A stretch of DNA of 58,108 nucleotides, from assembly GCA_045646465.1 (NCBI GenBank), contig JAZRKT010000114.1:1-58108 (forward strand), written 5' to 3'. Shown in pieces: positions 49,989 to 58,108 of this stretch (its first letter is position 1; every line of letters starts with the position of its first letter). Both the position numbers and the translations under genes were made by a program. This stretch comes from Eubacteriales bacterium. Its GTDB lineage: Bacteria > Bacillota > Clostridia > Oscillospirales > CAG-382. Under the pieces are notes generated by a model that was not told the DNA's origin, did not search any database, and was given only the letters and a program-made list of their open reading frames with translations.

Positions 49989-51205
49989 TATTCTTCACTC
50001 CAATATCTGATTGCTGTGTCAACAAGTGCTTCAAGTGTATTTTCGCACTTTTCGGTTATTACTAGGTCAAGAAGAAAGGAAAGCACGGATGCTATCTTTT
50101 TTCCTCCGATGCCAAGCCTGTCCATTATTATTTTTCCGTCAATATCAAGATTTGCCACCGATACGCATTGCCCTGATTGTTCTATGTCATCAACGGTATC
50201 AAGCATATTTATATACATTTCTGCATTACTGTAATCAATTGCCGCAAGGGTTTTATATAACAGTCTTGTATTTTCAAAGCCCTCTTTACTTATGGTTTTC
50301 TTAATACTGATTCTGTCATTGATGTGCCCACATCGCAAAAGAGTGCACACAGACGTGACAGTCCTTACTGTTTTATTGTCAAGCTTGTGTCGTTTCAGCA
50401 TTTTTTCAATGTCTGAAATGTCTTCAAACATACTGAAAAACAGGCAGAGTCTTACAATTCTGTCTTCATTGCAATGGCGCAAGCCCTCAAAAGCGGCAAG
50501 TCTTTTATTTATATCAGTTTCAAGCAATTCAGGAAGAAAAACGGAAATAACATCGCTGTACTTTATCAGGATTTCACTTGCTTTGCATCCGCAAATAAGC
50601 TTTAAAAACTCCGTCGTTATTCTTTCAGCCGAAATATTTACAAGCAGGTGTGCATTATTCTTTATGGACAGCGACGTCTGTTTCTCAATTTCAAAGCCGA
50701 GAGTTGCCGCAAAGCGTATCCCTCTCATAATACGAAGTCCGTCCTCGTTAAAACGTTCATCAGGGTTTCCGACGCATCGTATTAGCTTTGCACTTATATC
50801 TTCTTTTCCTCCAAAGGGGTCGCAATATCCGTGTTTTGGAGACAAAGCTATGGCATTGACAGTAAAATCCCGTCTTTTGAGGTCAAGCTCAATATTATCA
50901 GTAAATTCCACGCTTTTCGGGTGTCTGTTATCGCCGTATTCACCGTCAATGCGGTAGGTTGTAACTTCAACACACACTTTTCCGTATACTACAGTAATTG
51001 TACCGTGTTTTTTTCCTATATCAAGTGTTTTTTCATCACTGAAGACTTCTTCAATCTCATCAGGCAGTGCATTTGTGGTAATGTCAAAATCATCTGGCAC
51101 ACGTCCCATAAGAGTGTCTCTTACACATCCGCCCACAAGGTAAGCACTATACCCTTTTTCATTAAGTTTTTCAAGAGTTTGCTTTACATACTGCGGCAGC
51201 TGCAC
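49988..51205 (-). CDS. cca: CCA-adding tRNA nucleotidyltransferase
   Basis: GYSAYLVGGCVRD, DFDITT and RDFTVNA motifs. The start is set at GTG 51205, with AAAGGGG 6 nt upstream, because the predicted -10 (51235..51240) lies inside the longer ORF. Confidence 0.85.
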   Translation of the reverse strand: MQLPQYVKQTLEKLNEKGYSAYLVGGCVRDTLMGRVPDDFDITTNALPDEIEEVFSDEKTLDIGKKHGTITVVYGKVCVEVTTYRIDGEYGDNRHPKSVEFTDNIELDLKRRDFTVNAIALSPKHGYCDPFGGKEDISAKLIRCVGNPDERFNEDGLRIMRGIRFAATLGFEIEKQTSLSIKNNAHLLVNISAERITTEFLKLICGCKASEILIKYSDVISVFLPELLETDINKRLAAFEGLRHCNEDRIVRLCLFFSMFEDISDIEKMLKRHKLDNKTVRTVTSVCTLLRCGHINDRISIKKTISKEGFENTRLLYKTLAAIDYSNAEMYINMLDTVDDIEQSGQCVSVANLDIDGKIIMDRLGIGGKKIASVLSFLLDLVITEKCENTLEALVDTAIRYWSEE

Positions 51206-51234
51206 ATTAACACCCCTTTTACACTTTAAGGTAT

Positions 51235-51263
51235 ATTGTAACACACTAATTGTTTTTTTTCAA
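51235..51263 (-). promoter_or_regulatory. SigA-type promoter (extended -10) upstream of cca
   Basis: The minus strand reads TTGAAA-17 nt-TACAAT, preceded by TGT. Confidence 0.6.
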
Positions 51264-51275
51264 TAGATATTGAGA

Positions 51276-51308
51276 AAATAAAAAAATAAACCTCCCGAAG
51301 GAGGTTTT
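51276..51308 (-). terminator. Rho-independent terminator after the ABC permease gene
   Basis: AAACCTCC-CGAA-GGAGGTTT. On the minus strand it is followed by ATTTTTTTATTTT. Confidence 0.85.
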
Positions 51309-51324
51309 AAGGAGATTATGCGCA

Positions 51325-53478
51325 CTACCTTTTATCAGGTATATACTCTGTAAGGTACTGCAGAATTTCAGGCAGGTTTTCAGCCAAATCATACAGCGAA
51401 TAACCTGCTTTTCTTCCATTGTTATAAGTTATTTCAATGGAGAAGAACACATATGTGCCGCCGTCGAAAATATCTACTACATTTCTGTCGGTAAGATACC
51501 CGAACAGCGTCTTAATATCTTCGTTATCATTGAAGAACTTGCCGTTGAAAATTTCAGAGCTTTTTGTTTCTACAGCCTCTTCTCTTACTACCCGTTCACC
51601 GTATTCTGCAAGTGTTCCATAATCACTGACAATACCTGTGTATTTATCAAAAATATAGCTGTAATCATAGTGAACAGTAATGCCCGCAATATCATCAAAA
51701 GCAAGTGCGTTTTCGGCATTTATACTGCCTGTGCTTTCAAGAGCTGCAAGTGTTGCCTTGTCAAAAAAGCTTACATCATAGGAATCTGACAGCTCTGCCA
51801 TAATCTGCTTACCGTTCTCATCAATAGCAGGCACCTTATAGAACAGTTCAACGGTATAAAGCTCGGTTGAATTCATTTTATTGATATACTTATCAAAGCT
51901 GATATCAATTCTATCCTTGACAAGTGCATCAATTATCTCCTGTGCATCATCACTGCTTCCGCCGTAAACCGCAAGTATGCTGTCATCGGGGTTTTTGTGG
52001 TTATTTGCTGTAACTTCAACCTTTGTATAAGTCTTCTGTGTCCCATCAAGAACAGGATAACGATGCCTGCGAACAACAGCAGTTTCGCTGATAGGTCTTA
52101 GGAAGGAGTCCACATCGGAGTCATCAAGTCTGTATGATCTTCTCATCCTTCTGCCGTTTCTCAGGGTATACTCGATTTCTACATTATAAGGCACACCCGA
52201 TATTGAAGAAGCTGTGGAGTACTCATCATCGTATTTTGTTGCAACCTTATTTTTATGGAAATCAACAAAAAGCTTTATGTCTTCCCTTTCGGTAAATTCA
52301 GCCTTATAGAAATCGGTACGGGTAATTCTCTGATGTCCGCTATAGTCATCGATATATGCATATTCAACGCCGTCATATTCATAGTTAAGGTTTTTAACGC
52401 TTACAATACTGTTTACCTCAGGAACTCTTGTCTCAAAGCCTGTAATATCGAAATTGAATATTACAAAAAGAACAAGCACGAAAACCGCATTATGTATAAG
52501 AGGATTCTTACAGCCTTTAAGACTGAAGCTCTTGTTGGACATCATATTAGCAACAATTACGCCTATGCTTCCGAACACAAGCATTACAAGAATGTTTGAT
52601 ATATTCCAGAACGCCTGCATATAGAAGTATCCTAGAATACCTGAGCAAATACCGAAAAGAAGCTTGAACAGCCATCTAAGATAAGGAAAAGCTATAACCT
52701 CACCATAGTTTTCAAGATGTCTGAGCTTATACAACAGCAAAGACAGTCCGTAGAACACTGCTATAAGAAGTATGTATACAAGTACCTTCGGTCCCATCAA
52801 TTCTTCGGGTGACAGATAGAAATAGTTTATGAGAACATCTTCCAAAAAGCCTGTTCCCGCAAAGCCGTAAAGATAAGACTCGCAAAGCATTACAACAAAG
52901 CTTGTAAGGAACAGTGGAAGAAGTATAAACACCACCGAGAATACTCCCTGTGCCACTGTATTGCCTGTAAGCATACCGATAAAAGTAAACAAAGCAAAAA
53001 ACAAAAGTGCATACACAAAGTATATTCCCGTATTTACAAGAATAGGAGTCACAGGTGAAAAATCCTTAACTGCAAATATACAAAGAATGTTATTCACAAC
53101 AACGGGCACCGTAATAAAAATAAGAGCCGAAACGGAGTGTGCCGCCATAAGAGTACTTCTTTTGCAAGGCAGTGAGTGATTGAAGGTTACGCTTGACACA
53201 TTGTTAAGATATGAAAACAGACCCATCGAAAGAAATGCACCAAGCATACAGCCGAACACATATGTGCCGTCAAGTCTATATGAAAGCCATCTTCCTGAAT
53301 AATAGTATTCATCTTTGAAAATTCGGGCAAAGTCTGCAGGAGTGTGATAGGAAACGTACTCATAAAGAGGCATTGCCACAAACAGCACCGTAAAGAGAGT
53401 TGCAAGGGCGCTTATCCACCAAAGACGCTTAATATCGCTTTTGATTGCTGTTTTAAAGCAGGATTGTTTCAAACTCAT
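51325..53478 (-). CDS. ABC-2-type permease-like membrane protein with a large C-terminal soluble domain
   Basis: About 10 hydrophobic segments in the first ~375 aa, then ~340 aa of hydrophilic sequence. The start at ATG 53478 has GGAGG 8 nt upstream and overlaps the ATPase gene by 26 nt. Confidence 0.6.
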   Translation of the reverse strand: MSLKQSCFKTAIKSDIKRLWWISALATLFTVLFVAMPLYEYVSYHTPADFARIFKDEYYYSGRWLSYRLDGTYVFGCMLGAFLSMGLFSYLNNVSSVTFNHSLPCKRSTLMAAHSVSALIFITVPVVVNNILCIFAVKDFSPVTPILVNTGIYFVYALLFFALFTFIGMLTGNTVAQGVFSVVFILLPLFLTSFVVMLCESYLYGFAGTGFLEDVLINYFYLSPEELMGPKVLVYILLIAVFYGLSLLLYKLRHLENYGEVIAFPYLRWLFKLLFGICSGILGYFYMQAFWNISNILVMLVFGSIGVIVANMMSNKSFSLKGCKNPLIHNAVFVLVLFVIFNFDITGFETRVPEVNSIVSVKNLNYEYDGVEYAYIDDYSGHQRITRTDFYKAEFTEREDIKLFVDFHKNKVATKYDDEYSTASSISGVPYNVEIEYTLRNGRRMRRSYRLDDSDVDSFLRPISETAVVRRHRYPVLDGTQKTYTKVEVTANNHKNPDDSILAVYGGSSDDAQEIIDALVKDRIDISFDKYINKMNSTELYTVELFYKVPAIDENGKQIMAELSDSYDVSFFDKATLAALESTGSINAENALAFDDIAGITVHYDYSYIFDKYTGIVSDYGTLAEYGERVVREEAVETKSSEIFNGKFFNDNEDIKTLFGYLTDRNVVDIFDGGTYVFFSIEITYNNGRKAGYSLYDLAENLPEILQYLTEYIPDKR

Positions 53479-54355
53479 AGCCCATACCTCCCAGTTCATA
53501 TATAAACACTTCTTCAAGTGTCAGCGGTATAATGTCAAATACAACAGGGTTATATTTTCTCACAGTTTCTTCTATTTTGTCAACGTCTCCCTTTACTATA
53601 ACAAGGCTGACACTTGCAAAGCCTGATTTGTCAAGTACATTCAGCTCGTTCTCGAGCTCGGTTGGAAATTCTCCGCCGTCAAAAGCAAGCTGCAATTTAT
53701 GTACATTACCCTTCAGGTCATCAAGGGATTTTTCAATAACGATTTTTCCGTTATAAAGAATTCCAACGTGGTCGCACACATCTTCAAGTTCTCGAAGATT
53801 ATGACTTGATACAAGCACCGTCATTTCACGCTCTGCAACTGCCTGAAGCATAAGCTTCCACACGTTTCTTCTCATAACAGGGTCAAGTCCATCAACAGGC
53901 TCATCAAGAATCATAACATCTGGGCTTGTGCAAAGACCCAGCCAGAAGGCAACCTGCTTTTGCATACCCTTTGACAGTCTTCTTACCTTACGCTTGACTT
54001 CAATCTTGAACACTTCCTTCATTTTTTCAAAGTGCTCCCAATTCCAGCCCGGGTATATTCCCGCATAGTAATTAGCCATATCAAGAATACTGTAGGTCGA
54101 GAAAAAGAACAGGTCATCGGATATACATATCATTCTCTTCTTTATATCGCTGTTTTCAAATGTCTTTTCGCCATCAACGGTAATTTCACCGCTGTCAGCC
54201 TTATACACTCCGATAAGTGTTTTTATAAAGGTAGTCTTGCCTGCACCATTAGGTCCAACAAGTCCGTATACCGAGCCTTTCTTTACGTGCAACGCAAGTA
54301 AGTCAAGCGCTCTGAAGCTTCCGAAGCTCTTAACTACGCCGTCTGCTTTTATCAT
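53453..54355 (-). CDS. ABC transporter ATP-binding protein
   Basis: Walker A GPNGAGKTT, the signature LSKGMQ, and Walker B ILDEP. The start at ATG 54355 has AAAGGAGA upstream. Confidence 0.9.
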   Translation of the reverse strand: MIKADGVVKSFGSFRALDLLALHVKKGSVYGLVGPNGAGKTTFIKTLIGVYKADSGEITVDGEKTFENSDIKKRMICISDDLFFFSTYSILDMANYYAGIYPGWNWEHFEKMKEVFKIEVKRKVRRLSKGMQKQVAFWLGLCTSPDVMILDEPVDGLDPVMRRNVWKLMLQAVAEREMTVLVSSHNLRELEDVCDHVGILYNGKIVIEKSLDDLKGNVHKLQLAFDGGEFPTELENELNVLDKSGFASVSLVIVKGDVDKIEETVRKYNPVVFDIIPLTLEEVFIYELGGMGYEFETILL

Positions 54356-54375
54356 AAACAATTTCTCCTTTCAGT

Positions 54376-54759
54376 TTAGTTTTCAGAATTACTTTTTCCG
54401 TTTCTGTAAATCTCAGCCACCACCTCAAGCACATCCTTCTGTTCAACACCGAGATAATACAGCTCTTTTACCGTTTCAGCAAACTCACAAAACAGATGCC
54501 CTTCATTTTTAACATTATCCTTTGGTGCTACAAAAAAGCCTTTTGACCTTACCGAATAAATATATCCTTCACTCTCAAGGTCCTTATACGCCTTTTGTAT
54601 GGTATTGGGATTTATGGTCATCTCTACCGCAAGCTCACGCACCGACAGTATCTTTTCATCAGGCTTCAGCACGCCGTCTATAATTAGCTTTTTAAGATTA
54701 TCACGTATCTGCTCATATATAGGCTTCCCGCTTGTATGATCAAGCTTATACACTTTCAT
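54376..54759 (-). CDS. GntR-family (YtrA-subfamily size) transcriptional regulator
   Basis: PIYEQIRDNLKKLI..G.L...EKILSVRELA....INPNT..KAY..LE..G winged-helix motif. About 127 aa, with the short effector domain typical of YtrA-like regulators. Confidence 0.85.
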   Translation of the reverse strand: MKVYKLDHTSGKPIYEQIRDNLKKLIIDGVLKPDEKILSVRELAVEMTINPNTIQKAYKDLESEGYIYSVRSKGFFVAPKDNVKNEGHLFCEFAETVKELYYLGVEQKDVLEVVAEIYRNGKSNSEN

Positions 54760-54777
54760 TTGCGCCTCCTTTCTGTG

Positions 54778-54828
54778 GTACAGCAACTGTACTATCTGTA
54801 CTATATCACATAATACAGATATTGTCAA
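54778..54828 (-). promoter_or_regulatory. Consensus SigA promoter of the GntR-ABC operon, overlapped by repeated CTGTAC operator-like elements
   Basis: The minus strand reads TTGACA-17 nt-TATAGT. Across the -10 and +1 region the plus strand reads GTACAG-CAA-CTGTAC-TAT-CTGTAC-TAT, which is an inverted repeat plus a tandem CTGTACTAT. Confidence 0.6.
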
Positions 54829-54876
54829 TAGCTTTTTAAAAAAATCTGTAAAAACGTTATTTTTTTTGTAAAAGTA

Positions 54877-54905
54877 TGGAAATTATAAAATATATGTGTT
54901 ATAAT
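54877..54905 (+). promoter_or_regulatory. Candidate extended -10 promoter for trkA-trkH
   Basis: TGGAAA-17 nt-(TGT)TATAAT, about 35 nt upstream of the trkA ATG. Confidence 0.45.
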
Positions 54906-54939
54906 ACAGGAAAAAGATTCTTTTAAAAAGAGGCTGTAT

Positions 54940-56298
54940 ATGAAAATTATTATCTTCGGCTGCGGTAAGAACGGCAGAACAATTATTGAAAGTCTGGTTG
55001 GCGAAGGACACGACATAGTTGCTGTTGACAGCGATCAGAGCGTAATTGAAGATGTTACAAATATATACGATGTAATGGGACTTTGCGGAAACGGCGTTGA
55101 TTCCAACACAATGACGGAGTCAGGTATCGACAAGGCTGAGCTGTTTATTTCTGTTACGGGTTCAGACGAGCTGAATATGCTTGCTTGTTTTCTTGCTAAA
55201 AAAATGGGTGCAAACCACACTCTTGCAAGAATAAGAAACCCTGAATACAACGACGAAAGTCTTGGCATTATGAAGCAGCATCTTGATCTTTCGGTGGCTA
55301 TGAATCCTGAAAGGCTTGTTGCAAAGGAAATATTTGACAATTTGCGTTTTCCCTCTTCCGTCAAGGTTGAATCCTTTTCCAACAGAAACCTTGAAATAGT
55401 CGAGCTTCACATAGCAGAAGACTCAGCATTTGCAGGCTCAACTCTTTGGGAACTGAGAAAAAATTACACGGAAAAGTTCCTTGTCTGCAGCGTTTTAAGG
55501 GACGGCAACGTATATATTCCCGACGGTAATTTCAGACTTGAAGCAGGAGACAAGATTGGTCTGACAGCCTCTCATTCCGAAATTTTAAAGCTGCTTAAAA
55601 GCATAGGTCTTCAGACAAAGTTCCCGAGAAATGTCATTATAGTAGGCGGCGGCAGAATCTCCTACTATCTCGCAAAGATGCTGATTACATCGGGCGTCAA
55701 GGTCAAAATTATAGAAATTGACAGACAACGGTGCAACGAGCTTGCCTTTTTACTGCCTGAGGCGACCGTCATTATGGGCGACGGCATAAAGCCTGAAGTC
55801 TTACTTGAAGAAGGAGTAGTAACTACCGATGCTTTTATTGCACTTGCAGGTAAGGACGAGACAAACATTCTTGCTTCATTCTTTGTTGCAGGTCAGACAA
55901 TGTCAACAATCATATCCAAAATCAACAGAAGCGACCTTTGTGCATCTGCCGAAAAAATGGGACTTGAATGTATAGTTTCACCTCAGCAGACGGTTTCAAA
56001 TGTTGTGTCAAGATATGTACGTGCTCTCCAGAACTCCGTGGGAAGTAATGTAGAAACTCTTTACAAGGTAATGGACGGTAAGGCCGAGGTGCTTGAATTC
56101 AACGTCAGCGACGATTTCAGATATACCGACATTCCGCTTAAGGATCTGACTCTCAAGAAAAACATACTCGTTGCAGGCATAATCAGACGCAGAAAGCCTA
56201 TTATACCTACGGGTTCTGACGTAATTCAGAGCGGAGACAAGGTTATCGTTCTTGCCGCAGGTGTGATTCTCAACGATTTATCGGACATTATTCCGTAA
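54940..56298 (+). CDS. trkA: Trk potassium uptake system NAD-binding subunit
   Basis: Two RCK_N Rossmann motifs (IIIFGCGKNG, VIIVGGGRIS), each followed by a TrkA_C domain. Confidence 0.9.
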   Translation: MKIIIFGCGKNGRTIIESLVGEGHDIVAVDSDQSVIEDVTNIYDVMGLCGNGVDSNTMTESGIDKAELFISVTGSDELNMLACFLAKKMGANHTLARIRNPEYNDESLGIMKQHLDLSVAMNPERLVAKEIFDNLRFPSSVKVESFSNRNLEIVELHIAEDSAFAGSTLWELRKNYTEKFLVCSVLRDGNVYIPDGNFRLEAGDKIGLTASHSEILKLLKSIGLQTKFPRNVIIVGGGRISYYLAKMLITSGVKVKIIEIDRQRCNELAFLLPEATVIMGDGIKPEVLLEEGVVTTDAFIALAGKDETNILASFFVAGQTMSTIISKINRSDLCASAEKMGLECIVSPQQTVSNVVSRYVRALQNSVGSNVETLYKVMDGKAEVLEFNVSDDFRYTDIPLKDLTLKKNILVAGIIRRRKPIIPTGSDVIQSGDKVIVLAAGVILNDLSDIIP

Positions 56299-56307
56299 GG
56301 TGATCAT

Positions 56308-57759
56308 ATGAATAAAAAATTAGTATTCAGTATTACTGGCAGACTGCTTGAGGCTTTGTCTCTTATAATGCTTCTGCCTATGCTTGTTTCCGTAATTTAC
56401 AGAGAGCCTGACAACGTTTTTGCATTTTTGGCAACAAGTATAATATCTTTCCTTCTCGGCATATTTTTAAGGCTTATCACAAGAAACCACAGCCGCGTCA
56501 TATACGCCAAGGAGGGTTTTCTAATAGTAGCTCTCGCCTGGCTGTTCACCTCGCTTATAGGCAGCCTTCCATATATGATCAGCGGCTCAATCCCAAGCTT
56601 TGCAGACGCCTTTTTTGAAACTGCCAGCGGCTTTACCACAACAGGTGCTTCAATTCTCACAGATGTTGAATCACTTGGAAAAGGTATATTGTTCTGGAGA
56701 AGCTTCACCCACTGGATTGGCGGTATGGGCGTACTTGTTTTTGTTATAGCTTTTATATCCAACGACTCAGACAGGTCCATTCACATTTTACGTGCCGAGA
56801 TGCCGGGACCTGTTGTAGGTAAGCTTGTGCCTCGTTCAAAGGATACTTCAAAGGTACTTTACATTATTTATATTAGTATTACTCTCGCCGAAATGCTTCT
56901 GCTAATTGCAGGCGGTATGCCCATATTTGACAGCATAGTAAACTCATTTGCCACAACGGGTACGGGCGGCTTTGGCATAAGGGGTGACAGCATTGCAAGC
57001 TATTCGCACTACTGTCAATGGGTAATTGCTGTATTTATGTATATAAGTGCCATAAACTTTAACCTGTATTTTCTGCTTCTTATCAAACGATGGAAGGCTG
57101 TACTAAAAAGCACCGAGCTTTGGGCATTTACGTGCTTGGTAATTGTTTCAACCCTACTTATTACAGCAGATTTAAGCATATGGAAAGAAGGCTTTTCCGT
57201 AGATATTTTGAGGGACGCCTTTTTCCAGGTAACAGCCATCAGCTCAACCACGGGCTTTTCAACTGCAAACTTTGACATATGGCCTTCCCTTTCAAAATGC
57301 ACCCTCTTCATTCTTACTTTTATCGGCGGCTGTGCAGGCTCTACTGCAGGCGGTCTCAAAATGTCAAGAGTGATTATTATATTCAAGCTGATTAAGAAGG
57401 AAATCAAGCAGATGATCCATCCTCGTGCCGTTGCTTCCGTAAAGCTTGAAGGCAAAGAGGTTGATGAACATACACAAAGAAGTGTATCCACTTATTTTGC
57501 AGTATATATGATGTTCATTCTTATGATCTTCTTCATAATTTCAGTTCTTGAACCGTTTAATTTTGAATCGTTATTTACAGCAACAGTCACCTGCTTTAAC
57601 AATGTAGGTCCCGGTTTTGATATTGTAGGTCCTGCAGGCTCTTTTGCAGCTTTCACGGATGCATCAAAAATTTTACTTTCAATGAGTATGATTTTCGGAC
57701 GTCTTGAGATATTCCCCATTCTTATAGCACTTATTCCTTCCACTTGGAAGAAGCACTAA
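56308..57759 (+). CDS. trkH: Trk/Ktr-type potassium transporter membrane subunit
   Basis: Polytopic, with repeated selectivity-filter-like TTTG/STTG motifs (SGFTTTGAS, ATTGTGGF, SSTTGFST). Confidence 0.9.
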   Translation: MNKKLVFSITGRLLEALSLIMLLPMLVSVIYREPDNVFAFLATSIISFLLGIFLRLITRNHSRVIYAKEGFLIVALAWLFTSLIGSLPYMISGSIPSFADAFFETASGFTTTGASILTDVESLGKGILFWRSFTHWIGGMGVLVFVIAFISNDSDRSIHILRAEMPGPVVGKLVPRSKDTSKVLYIIYISITLAEMLLLIAGGMPIFDSIVNSFATTGTGGFGIRGDSIASYSHYCQWVIAVFMYISAINFNLYFLLLIKRWKAVLKSTELWAFTCLVIVSTLLITADLSIWKEGFSVDILRDAFFQVTAISSTTGFSTANFDIWPSLSKCTLFILTFIGGCAGSTAGGLKMSRVIIIFKLIKKEIKQMIHPRAVASVKLEGKEVDEHTQRSVSTYFAVYMMFILMIFFIISVLEPFNFESLFTATVTCFNNVGPGFDIVGPAGSFAAFTDASKILLSMSMIFGRLEIFPILIALIPSTWKKH

Positions 57760-57769
57760 TATATAAAAC

Positions 57770-57800
57770 GGCGGTGGATTTTCTCCATCGCCCTATTTTC
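57770..57800 (+). terminator. Rho-independent terminator after trkH
   Basis: GGCGGTGG-ATTTTCT-CCATCGCC, with one G-T wobble, followed by CTATTTTCG. Confidence 0.55.
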
Positions 57801-57814
57801 GTTATACAAAATTA

Positions 57815-58035
57815 AATGTTCATAACTTCATACACGTCGCCAACACTCATCAACATGGTGCGAGTGTTCATAACGTGTAAAACTCGGACGCGAGAACAAA
57901 AATACAAAATAAAAAAGAACCTCGTACGCGATAATGCGTGTCGAGGCTCTCGACTGATCTGTGACGGGACGCATACGCTTCGCGTCTACACTGCTCAACG
58001 ACCGCTTTGCGGTCCCCGTTTCGCACCTTCTCACT
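57815..58035. ncRNA. Unassigned, highly structured, G+C- and CpG-rich non-coding region (candidate sRNA or cis-regulatory RNA). The strand is unresolved.
   Basis: Four or more stable local hairpins, a 7-nt long-range complement (GGTGCGA 57857..57863 with TCGCACC 58021..58027), mutually exclusive pairings, and no convincing ORF. Confidence 0.3.
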
Positions 58036-58063
58036 AAAAAACAGCCGTAACAGGCTGTTTTTC
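58036..58063. terminator. Bidirectional rho-independent terminator hairpin
   Basis: AAAAACAGCC-GTAACA-GGCTGTTTTT, with A/T runs on both sides. Confidence 0.7.
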
Positions 58064-58108
58064 TTGACGTTCGAAGCCCTCTTAGGCTTCAAGTCCCGCA
58101 TATACAAA

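Noticed and set aside
57917-57949. The minus-strand sequence GAGCCTCGACACGCATTATCGCGTACGAGGTTC resembles a group II intron domain V (GAGCC...GGTTC, with an AGC triad and a G-U pair).
   Set aside because: The upper helix would contain two A-C mismatches. The loop is not GNRA. No domain VI with a bulged A or a plausible 3' splice site follows, and no reverse-transcriptase ORF is visible. The hairpin folds better on the plus strand.
57857-58035. A c-di-AMP (ydaO-type) or other riboswitch associated with the neighbouring K+ transporter genes. I also considered tmRNA, because of CGCACCA-like and GTAGACGC/CCCGTC strings.
   Set aside because: The block lies downstream of trkH and convergent to it, not in a 5' leader. 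The hallmark ydaO elements (GGGGACCCA, paired GAATC motifs) are absent. For tmRNA there is no T-arm (GGTTCGANTCC), no GGGG 5' acceptor and no tag ORF, and the paired domain is only about 170 nt.
57816-58107. Small ORFs at the right edge: 73 aa on the plus strand, and 68 aa and 79 aa on the minus strand.
   Set aside because: They overlap one another on both strands inside the hairpin-rich block. They are Arg/Cys/Ser-rich, have no ribosome-binding site, and run across terminator hairpins. Their composition is non-coding-like.
1-58108. A search for CRISPR arrays, IS elements or transposases, integrases, toxin-antitoxin pairs, restriction-modification genes or other defence-island hallmarks.
   Set aside because: I noticed no direct-repeat/spacer array, no DDE, serine or tyrosine recombinase-like ORF, and no tRNA or rRNA genes. 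Every ORF over 100 aa outside shadow frames could be assigned to housekeeping, metabolic or transporter families, or to the few hypothetical proteins listed above.

Overview
This is a 58.1-kb stretch of core chromosome from a low-GC Gram-positive anaerobe. The protein content looks like Clostridia, perhaps Oscillospiraceae/Ruminococcaceae, but that placement is inference only. It is densely coding, with about 57 CDS. I found no rRNA, tRNA, CRISPR array, transposase, integrase or obvious prophage content.

Gene content, left to right:
- A nine-gene [FeFe]-hydrogenase operon on the + strand. It starts with a sensory-type hydrogenase paralogue plus DRTGG, PHP and GHKL-ATPase proteins, followed by the 2Fe-2S/NuoF-like/HydA structural genes.
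- Rubrerythrin and murA.
- Two membrane-anchored proteins of unknown function.
- The classic rimP-nusA-ylxR-ylxQ-infB-rbfA operon.
- An HD/HAD hydrolase pair.
- DUF1385-prmC.
- The dgt-dnaG-rpoD operon, then mtnN, a class B PBP and DUF3810.
- hflX and ylmC.
- A five-gene biotin-dependent Na+-pump decarboxylase cluster carrying two different carboxyltransferases.
- A long minus-strand run: cca, DMT, miaA, HlyD-like, yggS, sepF, yggT, ylmH, divIVA, ileS, lspA, rluD, split transketolase, ackA, DUF1294.
- A YtrA/GntR-ABC operon.
- trkA-trkH.

Most of the window is ordinary housekeeping DNA, and I see no convincing self-contained novel system such as a defence island. The observations most worth a second look are:
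- the putative H2-sensing regulatory module fused to the hydrogenase operon;
- a non-canonical TSCSPGW H-cluster motif in the catalytic HydA;
- the hybrid decarboxylase cluster;
- an in-frame TGA at a conserved Trp position of the transketolase N-terminal subunit;
- an orphan YycH/YycI-like pair next to murA;
- an unassigned, G+C-rich, highly structured non-coding region after trkH at the right edge.

All functional calls come from reading the translated ORFs and motifs by eye. No database search was run.
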